A DNA stretch of 29,643 nucleotides from a virus. Taxonomy: Duplodnaviria > Caudoviricetes. The position numbers and the translations under genes are program-made. Where the stretch lies: positions 1 through 29,643 of the IMG/VR virus record IMGVR_UViG_3300020045_002628; one strand, 5' to 3'. Below, one piece after another: positions 1 through 8,064 of the stretch; within the stretch, counting starts at the first letter, position 1, and the number at the start of each line of letters is the position of its first letter. The notes under the pieces are model-generated. The model saw nothing but the letters and a program-made list of their open reading frames with translations. It was not told the DNA's origin and made no database searches.

Positions 1-260
1 CCAGAAGTTCCAAGGCTTACATCAGTGATAGATTGGGTAGTAATACCAGTCCCTGAGAACTGAAGGTCATAGAGACCGTTTGCTGCAAAGAATGCATAAA
101 ACCCGAAGCCGTCTGTAACGATTGGGTTTGCTTGTATTGTTACGCCATCGTCTGAATAGATCGTGGCTGGTGTCAATGTCCCGCCAAGATACACCGTGAC
201 TAATGCACCAGCTATCGCAGTTCCTTGGATATTCACTACATTATTGAAATACTTTTGCAT
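1..260 (-). CDS. Virion fibre/structural protein, N-terminal head-binding-like domain (partial, runs off left end; in inverted segment)
   Basis: Not in ORF track. Hand translation from ATG at 260 (AGGGTAGG upstream) gives MQKYFNNVVNIQGTAIAGALVTVYLGGTLTPATIYSDDGVTIQANPIVTDGFGFYAFFAANGLYDLQFSGTG..., open to base 1. Resembles the N-terminus of the 8065 tailspike. Confidence 0.7.
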   Translation of the reverse strand, partial: MQKYFNNVVNIQGTAIAGALVTVYLGGTLTPATIYSDDGVTIQANPIVTDGFGFYAFFAANGLYDLQFSGTGITTQSITDVSLGTS

Positions 261-271
261 GACCTACCCTT

Positions 272-304
272 AGAAAAACGAAACTCCCCCACCGAAGCGG
301 GGGA
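272..304 (-). terminator. Intrinsic terminator (TTCG-loop hairpin plus T-rich tail)
   Basis: Minus strand reads TCCCCCGC-TTCG-GTGGGGGA-GTTTCGTTTTT, just after the stop at 314. Confidence 0.7.
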
Positions 305-313
305 CTAAACTAC

Positions 314-480
314 TTAGTTTGTTTGCGACATACCAGGAGTAGGCAAGACTGCCCAGCTGATGATAGTTGTTGCTGTTGCATTTGCCGTACCGTAGATAGT
401 GAATGACCCTGCTGCAGCAAGAATGCGTTCTACGCGAAGCAAAGTTCCATCTGCAGCAGCTTGCGATACAACTGCATTAA
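314..480 (-). CDS. C-terminal part of a virion structural (head decoration-like) protein, 5'-truncated at inversion junction
   Basis: ...NAVVSQAAADGTLLRVERILAAAGSFTIYGTANATATTIISWAVLPTPGMSQTN* is protein-like and followed by a terminator. The ORF portion above ~480 is the antisense of the + strand gene. Confidence 0.55.
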
Positions 481-739
481 CAGTGATACAAATGATGTTT
501 ATATTGTTACCGCTCAAGCTGGTGCACTGCTGTTCAACAATCCGACTGGAACCCCTGTAGATGGTCAAGCATTATGGATTGCGGTAACAGGTACATCAGC
601 AAGGGCTTTGACATGGGGTACAGCGTTTGAGGCTTCTACCGTGGCTCTGCCAACAACAACAGTTACTACAGCTAGATTAGACATGGGCTTCATGTGGCGC
701 GCTGACACAAGCAAATGGCATTTAGTCGGGGTGGCTTAA
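476..739 (+). CDS. C-terminal part of a fibre/structural protein, 5'-truncated at inversion junction
   Basis: INSDTNDVYIVTAQAGALLFNNPTGTPVDGQALWIAVTGTSARALTWG...WHLVGVA* resembles fibre tip domains. No credible start or RBS. TAATG-coupled to the next gene. Confidence 0.6.
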   Translation: MNSDTNDVYIVTAQAGALLFNNPTGTPVDGQALWIAVTGTSARALTWGTAFEASTVALPTTTVTTARLDMGFMWRADTSKWHLVGVA

Positions 740-1311
740 TGTTGCGTAATTTAATGATGGTGATGAAAAAGGCAGGGTCTGGTTTTACCTATGCTACATG
801 GAATGCATCTGATAAAACAGCAAGTTTAGCACTGTCAGGAGGTGACTTAATGGCAACTAGCTCTGCCTCATCTCAGGGTGTCAGAAGTACGCTAAGCAAA
901 TCATCTGGGAAATGGTATTGGGAATATTTGGTAAGCACATCGGTAGCGAATATCAGTTTAGGGATAGGATATTCAACATCAACATTGTCTAATCAACTCG
1001 GTAACGGAAACGATGGCGCAGGGTATATCAACGGCTCCGGGGACATGTCTTATAATTTTTCACTGATAACTACAGGGGCAACTTATACTACAGGTGATGT
1101 GATTGGAATAGCTCTGGATGCGACTGCAAATACCGTATCTTTTTATAAAAATAATGCGCTACAAGGAACGGTAACAGGATTAGCGGCGGGGTCAAGATTT
1201 GCTCAAATATATACTGGGACTACGAATGGCGGTGTAATCACTGCAAATTTTGGTGCAACAGCACTTACCTATACACCTCCATCTGGATTTAATGCAGGAC
1301 TTTATGTTTAA
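739..1311 (+). CDS. SPRY/B30.2 (ConA-like) domain virion protein
   Basis: Motifs SSGKWYWEY, GDVIGIALDA, VSFYKN, ANFG and C-terminal YTPPSGF. Start placed at ATG 739 by TAATG coupling. Confidence 0.8.
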   Translation: MLRNLMMVMKKAGSGFTYATWNASDKTASLALSGGDLMATSSASSQGVRSTLSKSSGKWYWEYLVSTSVANISLGIGYSTSTLSNQLGNGNDGAGYINGSGDMSYNFSLITTGATYTTGDVIGIALDATANTVSFYKNNALQGTVTGLAAGSRFAQIYTGTTNGGVITANFGATALTYTPPSGFNAGLYV

Positions 1312-1320
1312 GGTGAAATC

Positions 1321-2040
1321 ATGTCAGTCGTAAGCCAGACATTCCCAGTTAGATCAGTATCTGCATTGACGATTATCAACCGGGCATATTCTCTTCTTGG
1401 ATATCTTGCTGCCGGGGAGACGTTAAGCGCATCAGATGCAGAGTACGGTCGTACAACGCTTAATAGCCTGCTCGACTCATGGGAAACACAGCCATACTTT
1501 GCGCCCGGTGTCGATGAGGTTTCAGCCACAGTATCAGGATTGCCCGTTACCATCGGAGCAGGAATGATGATCAACATCGAGCGCCCTACAAAGGTTCTCG
1601 ATGGGTCATTTATCCGAGTCAATGGCGTGGATTTTCCGATTACATGGGTAACACGTGAGGAATACAACGACATTTCTGTCAAGTCTGTATCTTCTACTAT
1701 CCCATGCTACGGCTATTATGACGAGGCATTACCAACGGGTAATATTTTCCTTTGGCCTTATCCGTCTACCGGTACAGAATTATTTTTGCAAGTACCAACT
1801 AAGATTCCTCAGTTCGTGGATTTTGATACCGTGGCTACGTTCATTCCTGGCTATCAGCGTGCGCTTGAATACACGCTAGCCGAAGAGTTAAGCCCTGGTA
1901 TTAAAGAACTAAGCCCAGTGATCGCACGCAATGCAATGCTGGCACGTAAGGCGATCAGACGCACAAATATTGAAGTGCCACTCATGAGTATTGGTGGAAG
2001 TTCTGGAAGTCCTTACGGTAATTTTATCTCAGGATCATGA
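1321..2040 (+). CDS. Head-tail adaptor (P22 gp4-like)
   Basis: N-terminal IINRAYSLLGYLAAGETLS...LNSLLDSW and late PGYQRALEYTLAEEL motifs; located just before the gp10-like gene. Confidence 0.7.
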   Translation: MSVVSQTFPVRSVSALTIINRAYSLLGYLAAGETLSASDAEYGRTTLNSLLDSWETQPYFAPGVDEVSATVSGLPVTIGAGMMINIERPTKVLDGSFIRVNGVDFPITWVTREEYNDISVKSVSSTIPCYGYYDEALPTGNIFLWPYPSTGTELFLQVPTKIPQFVDFDTVATFIPGYQRALEYTLAEELSPGIKELSPVIARNAMLARKAIRRTNIEVPLMSIGGSSGSPYGNFISGS

Positions 2041-3470
2041 AAATAAAAATTCCATTTGTTGGCGGGTCATACCAATCGAGAAGCATTAATGTTGATGCCC
2101 AGTCGTCGATCAATTGCTTCGTTGAAATGGACAATCAGTCTCCACGAGCACCGCTGGCACTGTACGGAACACCGGGAACAATCAGCCGTTTAAAGTTGCC
2201 ATCTTCCCCGGTGCGCGGTTGTATCGTAGGGCTTGATGCGTCGTATTGGGTAGCTGGAAATAAGGTCTACAAAGTAACAACAGGATTTGGCTATTCTGAG
2301 ATAGGAACGATCGATACATCGGTTGGCGCTGTAAGCATGTCATCATCAGGACAACAGATCATTATTGTTGATGGTATTGCAGGATGGATCATAACGCTTG
2401 CGTCTGACTTCTTCGCAAGAATCACAAGCGGAAATTTCCCCAATGGCGTGAAAATGTCAGCATTCCAAGATGGGTTTTTTTTGGTAGCAGGTGATAATTC
2501 AGGCAAGTTTTATATTAATCAGTCTCCGTATGATGGTGGTGTATGGGACGCGCTCGACTTTGCATCAGCAGAAGGTTCCCCGGATAACACAATCGGTATA
2601 TTTTCAGACCATCGTGAAATTTGGCTATTTGGCTCAAATTCTATTGAAATATGGATTAATACTGGTGATGCAAACTTTCCATTCCAGCGGTCAGGTAATA
2701 CGTTTATCGAATTGGGTTGCGCGGCATCGTCATCGATCGCAAAACTAGATAACTCGCTATTCTGGCTTGGTTCAGACGATAGAGGAAACGGCAGCGTATG
2801 GCGTGCAAATGGTTATACCCCTACTCGCATATCAACTCACGCAATTGAGAGCGCCATAGCCGGTTATGGGGTCATTAGCGACGCCATCGGAATGAGTTAC
2901 CAACAAGAGGGGCATCTGTTTTACATTATTACGTTCCCGACCGCTGGAGTGACCTGGTGTTATGACGTCGCCACACAGCTATGGCATCAGCGAGCATGGT
3001 GGAATACTGCAAATGCATCGTTTGAGAGATGGCGTGCTAACTGCATTTTATTCTTCAACGGAAATTTGCTTTGTGGCGATTATCAAAATGGGAATATTTA
3101 CGAGCTTAGTCTAGAAGAAAACACGGATGCAGGCGGGATACTCAAAAGAGTTCGTGCGACGACTTGCACAGAACAATTGCAAGATCGCATGTTTTATTCA
3201 TGGCTCCAAGTTGATATGGAGACTGGAACTGGGGTAAATGTCGGTCAAGGAACAAGCCCAAGCCTGATGCTTCGCTATTCTAATGACGGTGGTCACACTT
3301 GGTCAAACGAAAAAACAAGCACCATCGGGAATATCGGGCAATACGGACATCGTGCACAATATCGCAGGCTTGGCACAGGGCGTAATCGCGTATGGGAAAT
3401 ATCAATGACAGATCCGGTGAAGTTTGTTGTTCTTGGGTCTATTGTTGAAGCGCAACAAGGTGTAAGCTAA
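2037..3470 (+). CDS. Packaged-DNA stabilisation / tail hub protein (P22 gp10-like)
   Basis: 477 aa with DFASAEGSPD, SIEIW.NTG, RISTHAIE, GHLFY, SNDGGHTWS and RRLG motifs. Confidence 0.85.
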   Translation: MKIKIPFVGGSYQSRSINVDAQSSINCFVEMDNQSPRAPLALYGTPGTISRLKLPSSPVRGCIVGLDASYWVAGNKVYKVTTGFGYSEIGTIDTSVGAVSMSSSGQQIIIVDGIAGWIITLASDFFARITSGNFPNGVKMSAFQDGFFLVAGDNSGKFYINQSPYDGGVWDALDFASAEGSPDNTIGIFSDHREIWLFGSNSIEIWINTGDANFPFQRSGNTFIELGCAASSSIAKLDNSLFWLGSDDRGNGSVWRANGYTPTRISTHAIESAIAGYGVISDAIGMSYQQEGHLFYIITFPTAGVTWCYDVATQLWHQRAWWNTANASFERWRANCILFFNGNLLCGDYQNGNIYELSLEENTDAGGILKRVRATTCTEQLQDRMFYSWLQVDMETGTGVNVGQGTSPSLMLRYSNDGGHTWSNEKTSTIGNIGQYGHRAQYRRLGTGRNRVWEISMTDPVKFVVLGSIVEAQQGVS

Positions 3471-3820
3471 TGACTGTTTTGAGTTTATTTCCTGCAAGGG
3501 TAGCATTTGTTAATACAGATGGTACATTGACACCTGAAGCAGTTAGGGCGCTTAACTCGGTGTATGAGCGGCTTGGCGGTGCGGTGGTATCTTTGGCCGA
3601 TCCTGTTTCTGTTACTTTGAATGGATCACCATTCATTTACACAGCAACAAGTGACGGCTATGTCGTGGTAAAGGGTGGAACAGTGACAAAACTTGAATAC
3701 GGTCGCGGTGGATTTTATACTGACATTGGTTCGTTAAATTCAATCACGACCGTAAGCTCTGGAGACACATTCAGAATTACTTATGCAGCATTGCCAACAA
3801 TGACGTTTATACAAAGATGA
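3470..3820 (+). CDS. Small tail protein (position of the gp26 needle)
   Basis: 116 aa coupled to the gp10-like gene; beta-rich. Confidence 0.55.
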   Translation: MTVLSLFPARVAFVNTDGTLTPEAVRALNSVYERLGGAVVSLADPVSVTLNGSPFIYTATSDGYVVVKGGTVTKLEYGRGGFYTDIGSLNSITTVSSGDTFRITYAALPTMTFIQR

Positions 3821-4350
3821 ACATTTTAGATTTCTCCCAAAAGTCATTTTATAAAGAAAATGTTAATCAGCCATTAGCATGTGATTTCATTGGATATGAA
3901 AAAAGCGATACTGCCATAGAAATTAGGTCTAAGATTTTAGACCTTCAGAAAAAATTAGTATCGATGACAGAAAGAGCTTGCGAATGTCCACTTAAGCATA
4001 CTTTTGCACCTGGTACATATGCTAGAGAAATATTGCTTCCAAAAGGTTCAGTTGTTGTAGGTAAGATACATAAGCATGCTCACATTAATATTGTTTCTCG
4101 TGGGATTGCCTCTGTTATGACTGAATTTGGAGAAATGAGGATAGATGCTACATTGACACCTCAAACATTCACCTCTCAAGCAGGAACAAAGAGGGTTGTT
4201 GTTGCAATAGAGGATGTCATATGGACTACGATACATCTGACTAACGAGACAGATTTGGAAAAAATAGAATCTGAAATAATCGCAAAAGATTATGACGATG
4301 TTGGTTGGATAGAGCAAAATTGCGCTGAAATTAAGGAGATATCATCATGA
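3817..4350 (+). CDS. Cupin-fold phage protein
   Basis: HTFAPGTYAREILLPKGSVVVGKIHKHAH...GTKRV...WTTIH; sits before the ejection genes. Confidence 0.65.
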   Translation: MNILDFSQKSFYKENVNQPLACDFIGYEKSDTAIEIRSKILDLQKKLVSMTERACECPLKHTFAPGTYAREILLPKGSVVVGKIHKHAHINIVSRGIASVMTEFGEMRIDATLTPQTFTSQAGTKRVVVAIEDVIWTTIHLTNETDLEKIESEIIAKDYDDVGWIEQNCAEIKEISS

Positions 4351-5117
4351 CATGGGTAGCAGCAGCAGTTGTAGGGTCGGCAGTAGTTGGCGGCATAGTT
4401 TCTTCAGATGCTTCTCGGAAAGCATCAAATACGCAAAGAGACGCCGCAAATTTAGCGAGCCAAACGCAGTTGGAATCAGAGGATAGGGCAAGAGCAGACC
4501 AAAAGCCGTGGCTTGATACCGGTAAAAATGCGCTTGGTGTTTTGGGTGGTCGGCTTGGCTTGGATGGCGGCAGCGGAGATCTGTTGCGCCAATTTTCACC
4601 GTCTGATTTCCAACAAGATCCAGGCTATCAATTTAGACTCGATCAAGGCAACAAAGCAATCACAAATTCAGCGGCGGCGCGTGGTGGATTACTATCTGGT
4701 GCGGCAGTGAAAGCGGCATCGCAATACAATCAGGATATGGGGTCGCAAGAGTACCAGAATGCATTTAATCGATTTAATACGAATCAGACGAACCAATATA
4801 ACCGCCTAGCGTCTCTTGCTGGAGTAGGTCAAGTTGCGGCGAATCAGAATTCAAGCAATGCAATGCAGACTGGCAATATCATCGGACAGAATCAGATTGG
4901 CGCAGGAAATGCCCGTGCATCCGGTTATATCGGACAAGGAAATGCAATTACTGGGGCGATTGGGCAAGGTCTGAACATGTATCAACAAAATCAAATGTTG
5001 AATAAAATGGACGGTACAAATAATGGATTTTCCGGCTATGGAAGCGGGTTTACGCAAAATTCGGCAAATGCGCCAGCAGAGGGATCATCTAATTTTGTCG
5101 GCCCAACTAATTACTAA
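4347..5117 (+). CDS. DNA transfer/ejection protein (gp7-like)
   Basis: Hydrophobic Ala/Gly N-terminus, DPGYQFRLDQG...SAAARGGLLSG, Q/N-rich. Confidence 0.8.
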   Translation: MTWVAAAVVGSAVVGGIVSSDASRKASNTQRDAANLASQTQLESEDRARADQKPWLDTGKNALGVLGGRLGLDGGSGDLLRQFSPSDFQQDPGYQFRLDQGNKAITNSAAARGGLLSGAAVKAASQYNQDMGSQEYQNAFNRFNTNQTNQYNRLASLAGVGQVAANQNSSNAMQTGNIIGQNQIGAGNARASGYIGQGNAITGAIGQGLNMYQQNQMLNKMDGTNNGFSGYGSGFTQNSANAPAEGSSNFVGPTNY

Positions 5118-5126
5118 GGTTTAATC

Positions 5127-6305
5127 ATGCCAATCGATCCAAGCATCGCACTACAAGCAAGAGGGTTGCAACTTGCTACGCCATTCGAGCAGGCGGCACA
5201 ACTCGCGCAGATTCAACAGGCGCGTAATGCCAATGCATCACAAGCTCAAAATATGCAACTAGGACAATTGAAGTTAGATGAATATGGGCAGCAAAAAGCA
5301 CGTGGCAACCGTCTTGCGCAACTTGTGCAAGGAATGCCGGGAACAGCAACGGATGAAGAAAGAATTAACGCGCTGAAAAGCGGTGGTTTTTTTACCGAGG
5401 CTGACGTACTGCAAACTGGCAATCTTAACCGAAGGAAAATAGAATCTGAAGCTGCGACAAAAGAAGAAGACACGAAAAAATCAAAGTATGATTTATCAGT
5501 GAAGAAAAACGAGCAGGCCATAAAAGACATTATCGGGTTTTCTAGTCCACAACAGGCGCTTGAAAGTCTTGCAAGGCATGAAGCGGCGGGGGATATCACG
5601 CCAGATCGTGCAGCTATGGTACGCCAGACGATACCGCAAAATCCAGCGCAATTTGGCGGGTGGCAGTTAAGCATGGTAAAAAATATCATGAGTGCAAAAG
5701 ATCGAATGGGATATGAAGCGCCAGACGCTAATGCCAAGCTTCAAAGCGACACTACTAGACGCGGCCAGAATTTAACAGAAAGCACTGCCGCACGCGGGCA
5801 AGATATTACGATGCGTGGACAAGACCTTACAAACGAAAGAATGCGCGATACGAACGCCATAAAATCTAATGAAAAGAAAGCAACAGAAGAACTGACAAAA
5901 GGTGGTCAAATTGCTAGTTTTGACACTATGCTTGGAACATTGGATAGGCTTTCTTCTCATCCAGGATTATCTAAAACAGTCGGATTACGCAGTGTTTTTC
6001 CTACCGTTCCAGGTAGTGACTCAGCAAATTTTCAGTCAGAATTGAATACATTTCAGTCGCAAGCATTTATTCCTATGGTCGCACAACTTAAGGGAATGGG
6101 TGCATTATCTGACGCAGAGGGAAGAAAGCTAACACAAGCAGTCGGTGCGCTTGAGCCAAAGATGGGTGAGCAAGCTTTTAGAGATTCAATTCAACGGATT
6201 ACAAAAGACATGGAATCAGCTTATTCTAGGGTAGCCGGAAAGCAGAGAGCTGGAACTGTAAATTCATCTGTATCGATTGATGCACTTTTGAATAAATATA
6301 AATAA
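5127..6305 (+). CDS. DNA transfer/ejection protein (gp20-like)
   Basis: MPIDPSIAL start, RGQ(N/D) repeats, C-terminal LKGMGALSDAEG; synteny. Confidence 0.7.
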   Translation: MPIDPSIALQARGLQLATPFEQAAQLAQIQQARNANASQAQNMQLGQLKLDEYGQQKARGNRLAQLVQGMPGTATDEERINALKSGGFFTEADVLQTGNLNRRKIESEAATKEEDTKKSKYDLSVKKNEQAIKDIIGFSSPQQALESLARHEAAGDITPDRAAMVRQTIPQNPAQFGGWQLSMVKNIMSAKDRMGYEAPDANAKLQSDTTRRGQNLTESTAARGQDITMRGQDLTNERMRDTNAIKSNEKKATEELTKGGQIASFDTMLGTLDRLSSHPGLSKTVGLRSVFPTVPGSDSANFQSELNTFQSQAFIPMVAQLKGMGALSDAEGRKLTQAVGALEPKMGEQAFRDSIQRITKDMESAYSRVAGKQRAGTVNSSVSIDALLNKYK

Positions 6306-7972
6306 TGGCTACCATCGAAGAATTGAGCGCGGCACTTGTAAAGGCTGATGCGGCTGGGAATTCATCGGATGCAAAAGCATTTGCAGATGAAATTCGTAAA
6401 ATGAAAGCTCAGCCAATAGAAAAACCGCAAACTTCATTAATGCAAGACATTAAGCAAGGTGCTGGTAATTTTCTTGCAGGAGGAGTTCGTGGAGCTGGCT
6501 CTATTGGTTCTACATTAATAAGTGCGGGTGATTTGTATAGCCGCGTAACTAATCCGCAAGTGGCGACTGCACATGCACAGCGCGGCATTGGCCTATCAAA
6601 TATGGCATCTGATGTAATGGCATCTGATAAAGAGCGCCGTGCATTAATGGATCAGGGATTGCAAACAATTGGGGCGCAACCAGAATCGCTACTATTTAAA
6701 ACTGGCAAACTTGCTGGAGAGATTGCAGGAACGGCAGGAACTGGCGGGGCTATTGCTAAAGGTCTTGGGCTTGCTAAAGTTTCACCGCAATTACTATCGG
6801 CAATTCGTACTGGCGGATTTAATGCTAGTGGTGCTGGAATAGGAACAAGGGCGCTAGGAGGTGCGATTAGTGGCGGTGCATCTGCCGGATTAATTGAACC
6901 AGAAAATACCCTAGTTGGAGCCGCTCTTGGAGGTGCATTACCAGCAACAACTGCATTAGCAGTAAAAGCTGGAGGGTTAATCCGTAAGGCAGTTACAAAA
7001 GGCGGGGCATCTCCTGAAGTAGCAGCACTAGCGAATAGGGCAAAAGAACTCGGTATTGATATACCAGCAGATCGACTTATCGACAGCAAGCCACTTAATG
7101 CAATTGCCTCATCACTTAATTATGTTCCAATGAGTGGTCGTGCAGCAACAGAATCTAAAATGTCAGAGCAGCTGAATACGGCTGCCTCAAAATTGATTGG
7201 TCAAGATACGCCAAACATAAATAAGGCGCTTCGTTCTGCAAGTATAGACCTCGGGCAGAAATTTGATACTGTATTGAAAGGAAATACTCTTGCAGTTGAT
7301 AGGCAATTCGTTGATGACATTTCTAACGTCTTTAACACTGCACAAAAGGAACTAGGTAGCGATGCGCTGAAGCCTATCGCGTCACAGGTTGATGAGTTAT
7401 TTGCAAAGGGATCAAGCGGAGCTATAGATGGTCAAGCTGCCTATAATATAAAACGAACACTTGACCGCATAGGAAGCAGCAACCGACCTGAAGCCTTCCA
7501 CGCGCTTGAGCTTAAGGGTAAATTGATGGAAGCTCTTGATCGGTCACTTGGAGAAGAGGGTGCCAAGGCTTTTGCAAAGACAAGGCAGCAGTATGGCAAC
7601 ATGCTTGCACTTGAAAAAATAGCAAAAAATGGTGCAGAAGGTGAGTTATCTATTGCTAGATTAGCAAATATGAAAAACATCAACAATCAACCTCTGCAAG
7701 AATTAGCCGATATTGCCTCTCAATTCGTCAAGGCCAGAGAGGGTCAGCATGGAGCAATGCAGAGGGCAATTGTCGGAGGAAGTGCAGCAATGTTAGGTGG
7801 CCCAGCTGGATTAGCCGCAGGAGCTGGTGCTGGACGTGCAACTAATGCGCTTTTGAATAGCAAGATGCTGAAGAATGCCATGCTAAACACTCCAAGAGAA
7901 GCAGGTAATAGTAAATTACTAGAGGCAATTTATAAGACATCACCAGCTATTGTGTCTCGGAGCAATCAGTAA
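6305..7972 (+). CDS. DNA transfer/ejection protein (gp16-like)
   Basis: 555 aa, Ala/Gly-rich helical; third gene of the ejection cluster. Confidence 0.65.
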   Translation: MATIEELSAALVKADAAGNSSDAKAFADEIRKMKAQPIEKPQTSLMQDIKQGAGNFLAGGVRGAGSIGSTLISAGDLYSRVTNPQVATAHAQRGIGLSNMASDVMASDKERRALMDQGLQTIGAQPESLLFKTGKLAGEIAGTAGTGGAIAKGLGLAKVSPQLLSAIRTGGFNASGAGIGTRALGGAISGGASAGLIEPENTLVGAALGGALPATTALAVKAGGLIRKAVTKGGASPEVAALANRAKELGIDIPADRLIDSKPLNAIASSLNYVPMSGRAATESKMSEQLNTAASKLIGQDTPNINKALRSASIDLGQKFDTVLKGNTLAVDRQFVDDISNVFNTAQKELGSDALKPIASQVDELFAKGSSGAIDGQAAYNIKRTLDRIGSSNRPEAFHALELKGKLMEALDRSLGEEGAKAFAKTRQQYGNMLALEKIAKNGAEGELSIARLANMKNINNQPLQELADIASQFVKAREGQHGAMQRAIVGGSAAMLGGPAGLAAGAGAGRATNALLNSKMLKNAMLNTPREAGNSKLLEAIYKTSPAIVSRSNQ

Positions 7973-8042
7973 ATAAATTGTAGAAAAATGCCAATGTGCA
8001 ATATACAATTAGTTTAAATATAATGTAATCAACGTAATCCAT
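7947..8042 (-). CDS. Small antisense membrane peptide (31 aa)
   Basis: Hand translation MDYVDYIIFKLIVYCTLAFFYNLFTDCSETQ*, GAGG upstream; fills the gap between the ejection and tailspike genes. Confidence 0.5.
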   Translation of the reverse strand: MDYVDYIIFKLIVYCTLAFFYNLFTDCSETQ

Positions 8043-8064
8043 AAAGCCTCACTAGGGAAAAATC

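Noticed and set aside
1-1311. Invertase-driven tail fibre switching or a diversity-generating retroelement
   Set aside because: No recombinase, reverse transcriptase, paired crossover sites or template/variable repeat pair was seen.
5750-5830. RGQ(N/D) repeats in the gp20-like protein
   Set aside because: Real, but common in podophage ejection proteins; not unusual.
5246-7686. Long minus-strand ORFs (5246-5737, 6652-7089, 7441-7686)
   Set aside because: Antisense shadows of the Ala/Gly-rich ejection genes with no protein-like features.
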